Source: an uncultured delta proteobacterium (GTDB lineage: Bacteria; Desulfobacterota; Binatia; Binatales; Binataceae). Taken from it: DNA of 64,000 nt. Within the stretch, counting starts at the first letter, position 1, and every line of letters starts with the position of its first letter. Both the position numbers and the translations under genes were made by a program. The stretch spans positions 448,001 to 512,000 of the forward strand of contig CAVQEQ010000004.1 in NCBI GenBank assembly GCA_963711565.1. Reading direction: 5' to 3'. Below are positions 9,046 through 18,246 of the stretch, one piece after another. The notes under the pieces are model-generated. The model saw only the letters and a list, made by a program, of their open reading frames with translations, did not search any database and was not told where the DNA came from.

Positions 9046-9306
9046 ATGGCGAGCGACAACAAGGATCGGCTGGGCGAAAAATTGGACGATGTCGGTGCGG
9101 CGCGGGAAGATCAGTGGGCGCGAAAGCAGGATACCGACCTGATCGAGAAGATGCGCGAGCGCCTGAGCCATACCGCGTGCCCGAATTGCAAACAGTTCCT
9201 GGTTCCAAAAACGCAGAGTGGAGTAGCGATTTACGCGTGCCCGCAAGGGCATGGCGCGTGGCTGGACGCATCGGCTCTTAAAGCGGTGCTGAAGCAGCAC
9301 AAGTAG
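9046..9306 (+). CDS. zf-TFIIB-like zinc-ribbon protein with charged N-terminal helix
   Basis: CPNC...CPQGHGAWLD; N-terminal REDQWARKQDTDLIEKMR. Confidence 0.75.
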   Translation: MASDNKDRLGEKLDDVGAAREDQWARKQDTDLIEKMRERLSHTACPNCKQFLVPKTQSGVAIYACPQGHGAWLDASALKAVLKQHK

Positions 9307-9328
9307 GTTAGCGGCGCGTCGATTTGAA

Positions 9329-9405
9329 TTAAGCCGGGCTTAAGCGAAAACGTTCGCAGGTGAAGCGATTCTTCTTGACAGCTTAGTCCAGTCCAACTAA
9401 TGAGG
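9329..9405 (+). promoter_or_regulatory. Putative nuo operon promoter/operator region
   Basis: TTGACA at 9375-9380; palindromes TTAAGCC-G-GGCTTAA (9329-9343) and GCGAA-N4-TTCGC (9344-9357). Confidence 0.35.
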
Positions 9406-9420
9406 ACTCGGTAACATCGC

Positions 9421-9813
9421 ATGTATCTTAATTTTGGCGTGCCGCTGGCCCTGACGATCATCGGGATCGGCTTCGTGGCGCTGATGTTCGGCTTGCAGAA
9501 ACTGCTGGCGCCGCAAAATCCGTACGATCGAAAGCTGATTCCGTACGAATGCGGCGAACCGCCGACCGGCCGAGCGTGGATTAATTTTAATGTGCGCTTT
9601 TACCTGATCGCGCTGATTTTCGTTGTGTTCGAGGTCGAGGTCGCGTTCGTCTATCCGATTGCCGCGGTTTACCTGGACTGGGTGCGTTCGGGACGCCGAT
9701 GGTACGCGCTCAGCGAGATTTTGGTTTTTCTGCTGATCCTGTTCGTCGGCCTAGTTTACGTTTGGGTCAAGCACGATCTGGAATGGATTAAGAAGGTACC
9801 GGTCGAAGACTGA
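9421..9813 (+). CDS. nuoA: NADH-quinone oxidoreductase subunit A
   Basis: [23 protein letters not shown], 3 TM. Confidence 0.95.
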   Translation: MYLNFGVPLALTIIGIGFVALMFGLQKLLAPQNPYDRKLIPYECGEPPTGRAWINFNVRFYLIALIFVVFEVEVAFVYPIAAVYLDWVRSGRRWYALSEILVFLLILFVGLVYVWVKHDLEWIKKVPVED

Positions 9814-9823
9814 GGTTTTAGTC

Positions 9824-10336
9824 ATGCCGCTGTTGAACACGTTGCCGGATTACGTTTTGACCACCAAGACGGACGAGCTGCTGAACTGGATGCGCAAATC
9901 GAGCATCTGGTACATGCTGTTCGGCCTCGCTTGCTGCGCGATCGAGCTGATGCACACGGGCGGCCCGCGCGCGGATATCGATCGTTTTGGCGCGACGCCG
10001 CGCGCGTCGGCGCGCCAGTCGGATTTGATGATCGTTGCGGGCACGCTGACGCTCAAAATGGCGCTGCGCACGCGGCTGCTCTACGATCAGATGCCCGATC
10101 CGAAGTACGTCATTTCGATGGGATCGTGCGCGAGCTGCGGCGGACTGTTCCAGCTCGCCTACTCGGTATGCGACGGCGTCGATAAAATCCTGCCGGTCGA
10201 TGTGTACGTCCCCGGCTGCCCGCCGCGGCCCGAGGCGCTGACTGAAGGCCTGCTCAAGCTGCAGGAAAAGATAATGACCGAGCGCTGGCTGGTGCGCTCG
10301 CCCAACGGCAACGGCAAGCAGGTCGCGGCTGCCTGA
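9824..10336 (+). CDS. nuoB: NADH-quinone oxidoreductase subunit B
   Basis: [37 protein letters not shown]. Confidence 0.97.
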   Translation: MPLLNTLPDYVLTTKTDELLNWMRKSSIWYMLFGLACCAIELMHTGGPRADIDRFGATPRASARQSDLMIVAGTLTLKMALRTRLLYDQMPDPKYVISMGSCASCGGLFQLAYSVCDGVDKILPVDVYVPGCPPRPEALTEGLLKLQEKIMTERWLVRSPNGNGKQVAAA

Positions 10337-10340
10337 GTAG

Positions 10341-10850
10341 ATGGAGTCGCTTCAAATACTCGAGCGGGTGAAGACGAAGTTCGGGGACCGCGTGCTGGAA
10401 ATTTCCGAAAAGAAGCCGGATCCGTTCGCGGTGATCGACCCGAAATCGATCGTCGAGGTCGGGCGGTTTATGAACGAGGATCCGGAGCTGGCGATGGACT
10501 GCCTGTCCAACGAGACCGGCGTCGATTACAAGGACCGCATCGAGGTGGTCTATCACCTGTTCTCGTACTCGAAGCGCCACACTGCCGTGTTGAAGGTGAA
10601 GCTGCCGCGCGAGAATCCAAGCGTCGAGACGCTTGAGGGCGTGTGGAAATCGGCGAACTGGATGGAGCGCGAAATTTTCGATCTGATCGGCGTGAACTTC
10701 GATGGGCATAGCGACATGCGGCGAATCCTGATGCCGGAGGACTGGATCGGACATCCGCAGCGCAAGGATTTCGTCGAGCCGGCCGAATATCACGGGATCT
10801 CAACTGTCAGAGAGAGCCCGATAATCAGGCTCGACACGAAAAAGAAATGA
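10341..10850 (+). CDS. nuoC: NADH-quinone oxidoreductase subunit C
   Basis: [31 protein letters not shown]. Confidence 0.95.
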   Translation: MESLQILERVKTKFGDRVLEISEKKPDPFAVIDPKSIVEVGRFMNEDPELAMDCLSNETGVDYKDRIEVVYHLFSYSKRHTAVLKVKLPRENPSVETLEGVWKSANWMEREIFDLIGVNFDGHSDMRRILMPEDWIGHPQRKDFVEPAEYHGISTVRESPIIRLDTKKK

Positions 10851-11965
10851 GCACGCTGCACACCGAAGAAATGACGCTCAACATGGGCCCGCAGCATCCG
10901 TCAACCCACGGGGTGCTGCGTTTCGTGGTGCGCGCCGACGGCGAGGTGATGCGCGAGGCGATTCCGGACGTTGGCTACCTGCATCGCTCGATCGAGAAGA
11001 TTGCGGAGAAGGTCGGCTACCACGGCTTCATGCCGTACACCGATCGCGTCGATTACGTGTGCGCGATGTTCACCAACCAGGGTTGGGGCATGGCGTGCGA
11101 GAAGCTCGCGGGGATCGAGGTGCCACATCGCGGCGAATACTGCCGCGTGATCGCGGCGGAGTTCAATCGAATCGCTTCGCATCTGTTGTCGGTCGGCGCG
11201 ATGGCGATGGATATCGGCGCGGTGACGCCGTTCACGCATGCGATTCGCGAGCGCGAGATGATCAACGACTTGATCGAGGAGCTGTGCGGTGCGCGGCTCA
11301 CCTTCAACTACATGCGAATTGGCGGCGTGGCGTGGGATCTGCCGCCCGGATGGCGCGAGAAGGCGCTCGCGTACCTCGATCATTTCGATCCGATCCTCGA
11401 GGAATACAACGCGCTCATCTCGTGGAACAAAATTTATATCGAGCGGCTCGCGAAAGTCGGAGTGATCACGCCGGCGGAAGCCGTCAACTACAATTTGGTC
11501 GGGCCGAATCTGCGCGCGTGCGGAATCAAGTGGGACATCCGCAAGGACATGCCGTATTCGGTGTACCCCGAGTTCGAGTTCGACGTGCCGATCGGCGACG
11601 GCCATTGGGGCAAGCTCGGCGACTCGATGGATCGCTACGTGGTGCGGATTCGCGAGATGGCGGAGTCGTCGAAGATACTGCGCCAGGCGCTGCGGAAGAT
11701 TCCGCCGGGGCCGGTGCTCGCGAAGGTCGCGCGCAATTTCAAGCCGCCGGCCGGCGAATGCCAGATTCGACTCGAGAGCGGACGCGGCGACATGGGATGG
11801 TACGTCGTGAGCGACGGCACTGGCTATCCGTGGCGGGTTCACGTCCGCACCGGCTCGTTCGCGGCGATGGGGATCATCCAGAAGCTGAGCGCCGGACTGA
11901 TGATCGCGGACCTCGTCACGCTGATCGCGAGCCTCGACGTGATTGCGCCGGAGATCGATCGCTAA
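10847..11965 (+). CDS. nuoD: NADH-quinone oxidoreductase subunit D
   Basis: [25 protein letters not shown]-terminal EIDR; no NiFe CxxC pairs. Confidence 0.97.
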   Translation: MSTLHTEEMTLNMGPQHPSTHGVLRFVVRADGEVMREAIPDVGYLHRSIEKIAEKVGYHGFMPYTDRVDYVCAMFTNQGWGMACEKLAGIEVPHRGEYCRVIAAEFNRIASHLLSVGAMAMDIGAVTPFTHAIREREMINDLIEELCGARLTFNYMRIGGVAWDLPPGWREKALAYLDHFDPILEEYNALISWNKIYIERLAKVGVITPAEAVNYNLVGPNLRACGIKWDIRKDMPYSVYPEFEFDVPIGDGHWGKLGDSMDRYVVRIREMAESSKILRQALRKIPPGPVLAKVARNFKPPAGECQIRLESGRGDMGWYVVSDGTGYPWRVHVRTGSFAAMGIIQKLSAGLMIADLVTLIASLDVIAPEIDR

Positions 11966-11971
11966 TCCTCG

Positions 11972-13162
11972 ATGGAGACGCTGGTACAAAATCTGATCGC
12001 GTCGGGCGCGTTCGGCAAGAACGCGTCACCGCACCTGGTCGCCGCGATCGTCGTGTTCGTGATGAGCGCCGTGGTCTTTCTGGGCGTTGCGTTTCCGTTT
12101 GCAGGAATCGTGAGCTGGGCCGAGCGGCGCGTGTGGGCGCGAATCCAGTCGCGCGTCGGTCCAAACCGCGTCGGGCCGCAGGGCTTCCTGCAGTGGCTCG
12201 CGGACGGCGTGAAACACGTCTGTAAGGAAGACATCATTCCCGACGAATCCGATCCGCCGCTGTTCAAGATGGCGCCGTACCTCGTGATGCTGGCGTTCAC
12301 GCTGCCGTGGGCCGTGATGCCGTTCTCGTCGTCGCTGATACTGGCGGACCTGAACGTGGGCATCCTCTATATGACGTCGGTGACGGCGCTCACGGTGGTC
12401 GGCGTGCTGATGGCCGGATGGGCGTCGAATGACAAGTGGTCGCTGATTGGCGGAATCCGCTCGGCGGCGCAAATCGTCAGTTACGAAATACCGGCGGGGC
12501 TGTCGATTTTCCCTGTGGTGCTGATGACGGGCACGCTGTCGATGCAGGGGATCATCCGCGCGCAGGGCTGGGCGCCGCAGCATTGGTTCCTGTTCGCGAA
12601 TCCGTTCACGTTCGTCGCGGCCAACATCCTCTATATATCGGCGCTGGCGGAGGGTAATCGCACCCCGTTCGATCTGCCCGAAGCCGAGTCGGAACTCGTG
12701 GCGGGATTCGCGACTGAGTATAGCGGGATGCGCTACCTGTTCTTCTTCATGGCGGAATGGGGAAACCTGTTCATCATCGGCGCGATTATCGCGACGCTGT
12801 TCCTCGGCGGCTGGCAGTTCCCGCATGTGACGAAGAATGTAATCGCGATGAATATACTTCAGGCGATCACCTTCAACGTCAAAGTACTATTCCTCGTGTT
12901 CGTGTCGATGTGGATACGCGCGACGCTGCCGCGAGTGCGTATCGATCAGCTAATGACGCTTTGCTGGAAATACTTCGTACCTATTTCGTTTGTGAATATG
13001 ATCGGAACCGCGGTGTGGGTAGCTATTTGGCCCGACGGTAACTCACTAATGGGCTATATCATGTTAGCGGCTGCGATTGCTCTGGCGGCGGTGTTTACTC
13101 AGCGAGTTATATACTATCTCCGGCGTTCGCGGATGGAAGTTTACTTCAATCCGACCATATAG
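11972..13162 (+). CDS. nuoH: NADH-quinone oxidoreductase subunit H
   Basis: R.GPNRVGP.G, RSAAQIVSYE, NRTPFDLPEAESELVAG, TLPRVRIDQL. Confidence 0.97.
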   Translation: METLVQNLIASGAFGKNASPHLVAAIVVFVMSAVVFLGVAFPFAGIVSWAERRVWARIQSRVGPNRVGPQGFLQWLADGVKHVCKEDIIPDESDPPLFKMAPYLVMLAFTLPWAVMPFSSSLILADLNVGILYMTSVTALTVVGVLMAGWASNDKWSLIGGIRSAAQIVSYEIPAGLSIFPVVLMTGTLSMQGIIRAQGWAPQHWFLFANPFTFVAANILYISALAEGNRTPFDLPEAESELVAGFATEYSGMRYLFFFMAEWGNLFIIGAIIATLFLGGWQFPHVTKNVIAMNILQAITFNVKVLFLVFVSMWIRATLPRVRIDQLMTLCWKYFVPISFVNMIGTAVWVAIWPDGNSLMGYIMLAAAIALAAVFTQRVIYYLRRSRMEVYFNPTI

Positions 13163-13171
13163 AGGCTATTG

Positions 13172-13741
13172 ATGAGCGCGGTTTCGGAATACGTAGGAAA
13201 TATCAAGGACGCTGTCACGAGCATCTTCGAGGGCATGGCGGTGACGGCGTCGCATTTCATGCGCAAGCCGTACACGGTGCAATATCCGGACAGGATGCCG
13301 GTGCGGGTGCAGGACACGCTGCCGTTCCGCTATCGCGGAATCCTGGAGGTCGATCTCGAAATCTGCACGGGATGCCTGGCGTGTGAGCGTGCGTGTCCGA
13401 TCGATTGCATCGTGATCGTGGTCGACAAGGACCCGCAGACGCGGCAAATGTTGCTCTCGCAGTTCGATATCGACATCGCAAAGTGCATGTACTGCGGGCT
13501 TTGCAGCGAACCATGCCCGACCGGTTCGATCCATCATACGACGGAATTCGAGGGCGCCGACTATTCGCTCGAGAGCCTGATTCGCCGCTTCGTCAAGGAT
13601 CCGGTGATGGCGTACAAGCCCAAGAAGGGGCCGGAAACCGACACGAGGATCGCGCCGATTCTGAATCGCGGCATGACCTACCTCGATCAATGGGCGCAAC
13701 CGGGCGGCGAGAAGCCGGCCGAAGAAGAAGAGCCCGCCTAG
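13172..13741 (+). CDS. nuoI: NADH-quinone oxidoreductase subunit I
   Basis: TVQYP; two CxxCxxCxxxCP 4Fe-4S motifs. Confidence 0.95.
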   Translation: MSAVSEYVGNIKDAVTSIFEGMAVTASHFMRKPYTVQYPDRMPVRVQDTLPFRYRGILEVDLEICTGCLACERACPIDCIVIVVDKDPQTRQMLLSQFDIDIAKCMYCGLCSEPCPTGSIHHTTEFEGADYSLESLIRRFVKDPVMAYKPKKGPETDTRIAPILNRGMTYLDQWAQPGGEKPAEEEEPA

Positions 13742-13778
13742 CGGCGCGGCCATCTGCAACGCGGGGAAAGGCGATCAG

Positions 13779-14276
13779 ATGCTCGCACAGGTAATATTCT
13801 ATGCGCTGGCCTTGTTGACGGTGGGGTCGGCGATGTTAGTAGCGTTCTCGCGCAACATAGTTTATTCCACATTCGCGCTGCTCGGCGCGTTCATGGGCGT
13901 AGTAGGTATTTATATTTTGCTCGCCGCGGACTTTGTCGCGATGGTGCAGCTACTCGTTTACGTCGGCGGAATATTGGTACTGACTATCTTCGCGGTGATG
14001 CTGACGGCGGGAATCGCGGACGTGACGGTATCGAATCGAGCGGTGGGAATGGGATCGGCATTCTTCACAGTGGCTATTGCGGCGATGGTGATGTTGTACG
14101 CCATAGCGCGGACGCAGTGGCATCAGGCGGCAGCGGTCACGCCCATGCCAACCACCTACGCGATCGGAAATGCGTTCCTGGGCGATTACGTCTTGCCGTT
14201 CGAGGTCGCGTCGCTGGTATTGTTGGCGGCGCTAATCGGCGCGATAGTCATTTCGCGCCACGAAGCGCGGGAGTAG
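13779..14276 (+). CDS. nuoJ: NADH-quinone oxidoreductase subunit J
   Basis: QLLVYVGGILVL, YVLPFEVASLVLLAALIGA. Confidence 0.95.
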   Translation: MLAQVIFYALALLTVGSAMLVAFSRNIVYSTFALLGAFMGVVGIYILLAADFVAMVQLLVYVGGILVLTIFAVMLTAGIADVTVSNRAVGMGSAFFTVAIAAMVMLYAIARTQWHQAAAVTPMPTTYAIGNAFLGDYVLPFEVASLVLLAALIGAIVISRHEARE

Positions 14277-14294
14277 GGGAGCGGGAGAATCGGG

Positions 14295-14609
14295 ATGGGT
14301 GGGGGAATAACGCTTAACCATTTCCTGGTACTTAGCCTGATCGTATTTTCGCTCGGGCTGTTCACGGTTCTGACGCGGCGTAACGCGATTGGAATCCTGA
14401 TGGGCGTCGAGTTGATCCTCAACTCGGCCAATATCAACTACCTTGCGTTCGCGTTTTACGGCGGCGGGAAATACGACGGTCAGATTTTCGCGATTTTCGT
14501 AATCATGCTGGCGGCCGCGGAAGCGGTGATAGGGCTGGCAGTGGTGCTGGCGATTTATCAAAACTTCAAGACGATCGACGTCGATGCGACCGAGACGCTG
14601 CGTGGATAG
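14295..14609 (+). CDS. nuoK: NADH-quinone oxidoreductase subunit K
   Basis: RRNAIGILMGVELILN, AAAEAVIGLA. Confidence 0.96.
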   Translation: MGGGITLNHFLVLSLIVFSLGLFTVLTRRNAIGILMGVELILNSANINYLAFAFYGGGKYDGQIFAIFVIMLAAAEAVIGLAVVLAIYQNFKTIDVDATETLRG

Positions 14610-14616
14610 CTGAGCG

Positions 14617-16692
14617 ATGGATCATCCGACACCGGTTACGTTCATCCGCTTGATCGTGGTGCTGCCGTTGGTCGGTGCCGCGATCAATTTTCTTGCCGGC
14701 GCGTGGCTGCAGAAAACGTTCGGCAAACGCGCGATCAGCTTCATTGGATGCGGCGTCGTGATCGTGGCGTTCGGCGTGGCGGTCAGCGCGTTCTTCGCGA
14801 TGCTTAAGCTGCCGCCGGAAAACCGCTTCATGCTCGACGACCTGTGGAAGTGGTTCGACGTCGGCGGACTGAATCTCGACATCGCGTTCTGGCTCGATCC
14901 GCTGTCGATGATCATGACGCTGATAATCACCGGCGTCGGCGGACTGATCCACATCTACTCGACCGGCTACATGCACGACGACGACGGCTTCTGGCGATTT
15001 TTCGGATGGCTCAACCTGTTCACCTTCGCGATGCTGGTGCTGGTGTTGGGCGACAATCTGTGGCTGCTGTTCGTCGGCTGGGAAGGTGTGGGCCTGTGCT
15101 CGTTCGCGCTGATCGGGTTCTGGTACAAGGTGACCGCGAACACGACGGCCGGCAACAAGGCGTTCATCGTGAACCGCGTCGGCGACTTGGCGTTCGTGAT
15201 CGCGCTGTACAGTTTGTTCGCCGGACTGCAGGCGGTCGGGCATCCGACGCTGGTGACGCGCGAGGTCGCGAAGTATGCGCCGCTGCTCGCGGGAGTGCCG
15301 ATAAGTTTCGCGGGATTTTTGTCGGGGCATCAACTGGTGGGATTCGTCACGCTGCTGATGTTCATCGGCGCGACGGGCAAGTCGGCGCAAATTCCGCTCT
15401 ACGTGTGGCTGCCGGATGCGATGGCGGGGCCGACGCCGGTCAGCGCGCTGATCCATGCGGCGACGATGGTGACGGCGGGCGTGTACATGGTAGCGCGGCT
15501 GAATTTCTTATTTTCGATGTCGCCGTTCACGATGGGCGTGATTGCGCTCGTGGGTGGAGCGACGGCGCTGTTCGCGGCGACGATCGGTATCGCGCAAAAC
15601 GACATCAAGAAGGTGCTGGCGTACTCGACGGTCAGCCAGCTCGGATACATGTTCGCCGCGATGGGCGTTGGCGCATACGCGGCCGGCGTGTTTCATCTGA
15701 TGACGCATGCATTCTTCAAGGCGTGCCTGTTTCTCGGCAGCGGATCGGTGATTCACGCGATGGGCGGCGAGCAAGACATGCGCAAGATGGGCGGCCTGCG
15801 GCACAAGATGCCGATTACTTTCTGGACCTTCGTGGCTGCGACCTTCGCACTCTGCGGCATTTTCCCGTTCGCCGGGTTCTTTTCCAAGGACGAGATCATC
15901 TGGCAGGCATTCTCACACGGACATTTCGTCGTGTGGGCGTTCCTTCTGGTTGGGGCAGGATGCACAGTCTTCTACATGTCGCGCCAGGTGTACATGACAT
16001 TCTTCGGCGAGTTCCGCGGCACGCACGAGCAGGAACATCACCTGCACGAATCGCCGCCGTCGATGGCGTACGTGCTGGTCGTACTTGGCCTGCTTTCGGT
16101 CGTCGGCGGATGGTTGAAATTTCCGGAATTCATGATCGCATTCAAGCCGTTCGAGGAATTCCTCGATCCGATTTTCAGTTCAGACACTACTCGTCGCGTT
16201 ACCGAAGCGGGGTTACACAGCCATTCGGTCGAAGGATTCTTCGCGGTTATCACATTGGTCGTCGTAATCGCCGGATGGTACCTTGCCGATCTGATGTACC
16301 GGCAGGACAGGCTCGACCCCGCGCGCTTTAGCCAGATGCTCGGCGGAGTGCCGTACGAATGGGTATATAACAAATACTACGTCGATGAATTTTACGATAA
16401 AGCAGTAGTACAACCGTACCTAATGGCGACGCGAGCGCTGGCGTGGTTCGATAGTAATATTATCGATGGAGTAGTTAATCTCGCGGCGCGCATAATAGTA
16501 TTCCTGTCGTGGCTGTCCGGACTATTCGACCATTACGTAGTCGATTGGCTGGTGAACTTCGCGTCGAACGTGACTTACAACGTCGGGGGCAGGCTGCGGC
16601 GGTTGCAGACCGGTTCGATCAATGGATACCTGTACGGAATTCTGGCCGCGGTGATGCTGATACTGCTGGCCCGCGCGGTCGCGAGAGCATGA
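14617..16692 (+). CDS. nuoL: NADH-quinone oxidoreductase subunit L
   Basis: GKSAQIPLYVWLPDAMAGPTPVSALIHAATMVTAG, HAFFKA. Confidence 0.97.
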   Translation: MDHPTPVTFIRLIVVLPLVGAAINFLAGAWLQKTFGKRAISFIGCGVVIVAFGVAVSAFFAMLKLPPENRFMLDDLWKWFDVGGLNLDIAFWLDPLSMIMTLIITGVGGLIHIYSTGYMHDDDGFWRFFGWLNLFTFAMLVLVLGDNLWLLFVGWEGVGLCSFALIGFWYKVTANTTAGNKAFIVNRVGDLAFVIALYSLFAGLQAVGHPTLVTREVAKYAPLLAGVPISFAGFLSGHQLVGFVTLLMFIGATGKSAQIPLYVWLPDAMAGPTPVSALIHAATMVTAGVYMVARLNFLFSMSPFTMGVIALVGGATALFAATIGIAQNDIKKVLAYSTVSQLGYMFAAMGVGAYAAGVFHLMTHAFFKACLFLGSGSVIHAMGGEQDMRKMGGLRHKMPITFWTFVAATFALCGIFPFAGFFSKDEIIWQAFSHGHFVVWAFLLVGAGCTVFYMSRQVYMTFFGEFRGTHEQEHHLHESPPSMAYVLVVLGLLSVVGGWLKFPEFMIAFKPFEEFLDPIFSSDTTRRVTEAGLHSHSVEGFFAVITLVVVIAGWYLADLMYRQDRLDPARFSQMLGGVPYEWVYNKYYVDEFYDKAVVQPYLMATRALAWFDSNIIDGVVNLAARIIVFLSWLSGLFDHYVVDWLVNFASNVTYNVGGRLRRLQTGSINGYLYGILAAVMLILLARAVARA

Positions 16693-16729
16693 CGCGCTAT
16701 CAAGGCAAACGGGAAGAGCGAAAACTGAG

Positions 16730-18229
16730 ATGAGTCATGTGCTTACGCTGATAACTTTTATTCCGATCGCCGGGATGATTCTGGTCCTCGCGCTGCCCGA
16801 CTCGATGAAGCCCGCGTCGAAGTGGATCGCGGTGGTGGCCACAGCGCTGCAACTACTGATCGCGATCTATCTCTACAACAACTTCGACACGACGACGAGC
16901 GCGGTGCAGTTTGCCGAGAAGGCGTCGTGGATGCCCGCGTACCACATCAGCTACTTCATCGGCGTGGACGGCATCAGCATCTCGATGATCCTGCTGACGG
17001 CGTTGATCATGTTCATCTCGGTGTTCGCGAGCTTCGGCATCAATCGCGCGGAGAAGGGCTACTACGCGATGCTGCTGATGCTCGACACGGGCATGATGGG
17101 CGTCTTCGTGTCGCTGGATTTCTTCCTGTTCTATATTTTCTGGGAAGTGATGCTGCTGCCGATGTACTTTCTTATTGGCATCTGGGGCGGTCCGCGGCGC
17201 GAGTACGCGGCGATTAAATTCTTTCTCTACACACTACTCGGTTCAGTACTCATTCTGCTGGCGATGCTTGGACTGTACTACTACAGCGCGACGCCAACGT
17301 TCGACTTGACCGAGCTTGCGGCGAATTCGAGTCATTACTCAATTCATTTTCAGGAAATAGCATGGATCGCACTGTTTATCGGTTTCGCGATCAAAATTCC
17401 GGCGTTCCCGTTCCATACCTGGTTGCCCGACGCGCACGTCGAGGCGCCGACGGCGATATCGGTAATTCTTGCCGGCGTGCTGCTGAAAATGGGCACCTAC
17501 GGTATTTTGCGCGTGAATTTTGCGGTGCTGCCGGCGGCCAGCTACCAGCTTGCGTGGCTGTTCCTCGGCGTGATCGGCACTATCAACATAGTATATGGCG
17601 CGATGTGTGCGATGGCGCAGACTGACTATAAGAAGTTGATTGCCTATTCGTCGATTAGCCACATGGGATACGTGATGCTGGGGCTGGCGGCGTTTACGGC
17701 GGCGGGAATCAACGGCGCCGTGCTGCAGATGTTCAATCACGGGACGATCACGGCGATGCTCTTTATCCTGGTCGGCGTGATTTACGATCGCGCGCACCAT
17801 CGCGAGATAAACGGCTTCGGCGGACTCGCGCAGCAGATGCCGATATACACGGCGGTAACAGGATTTGCGTTTTTTGCGGGGATGGGACTGCCGGGGATGT
17901 CCGCGTTTATCTCGGAAGTGCTGGTGCTGCTCGGCGCGTGGCAGACGCATCCGCTGATGGTCGCATTCGGCGCGGCGACGGCGATCCTGACGGCGGGCTA
18001 CCTGCTGTGGACGTTCCAGCGCATCTACCTTGGTCCGTTGAACGAGAAGTACAAGGACTTGCCCGATTTGTCGTTCCGCGAGGCCTTCACGCTGGTGCCG
18101 CTCGGGATCATCGTGTTGATACTCGGCGTTTATCCGCACGCGATTCTGGGCCTGCTCAACACCTCGCTGGTGCATCTCAACCAGGTTGTGCTCTCGACTT
18201 CGGGCGCGGCCGTCGCGATGCTTCACTGA
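16730..18229 (+). CDS. nuoM: NADH-quinone oxidoreductase subunit M
   Basis: FYIFWEVMLLPM, PFHTWLPDAHVEAPT, IAYSSISHMG. Confidence 0.97.
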   Translation: MSHVLTLITFIPIAGMILVLALPDSMKPASKWIAVVATALQLLIAIYLYNNFDTTTSAVQFAEKASWMPAYHISYFIGVDGISISMILLTALIMFISVFASFGINRAEKGYYAMLLMLDTGMMGVFVSLDFFLFYIFWEVMLLPMYFLIGIWGGPRREYAAIKFFLYTLLGSVLILLAMLGLYYYSATPTFDLTELAANSSHYSIHFQEIAWIALFIGFAIKIPAFPFHTWLPDAHVEAPTAISVILAGVLLKMGTYGILRVNFAVLPAASYQLAWLFLGVIGTINIVYGAMCAMAQTDYKKLIAYSSISHMGYVMLGLAAFTAAGINGAVLQMFNHGTITAMLFILVGVIYDRAHHREINGFGGLAQQMPIYTAVTGFAFFAGMGLPGMSAFISEVLVLLGAWQTHPLMVAFGAATAILTAGYLLWTFQRIYLGPLNEKYKDLPDLSFREAFTLVPLGIIVLILGVYPHAILGLLNTSLVHLNQVVLSTSGAAVAMLH

Positions 18230-18246
18230 GACGCGCCAGGAATTAG

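Noticed and set aside
9824-11965. Group 4 NiFe-hydrogenase reading of the nuoB/C/D genes
   Set aside because: The large subunit has no CxxC nickel ligands, NuoB has the adjacent CC of complex I, and nuoA/J are present.
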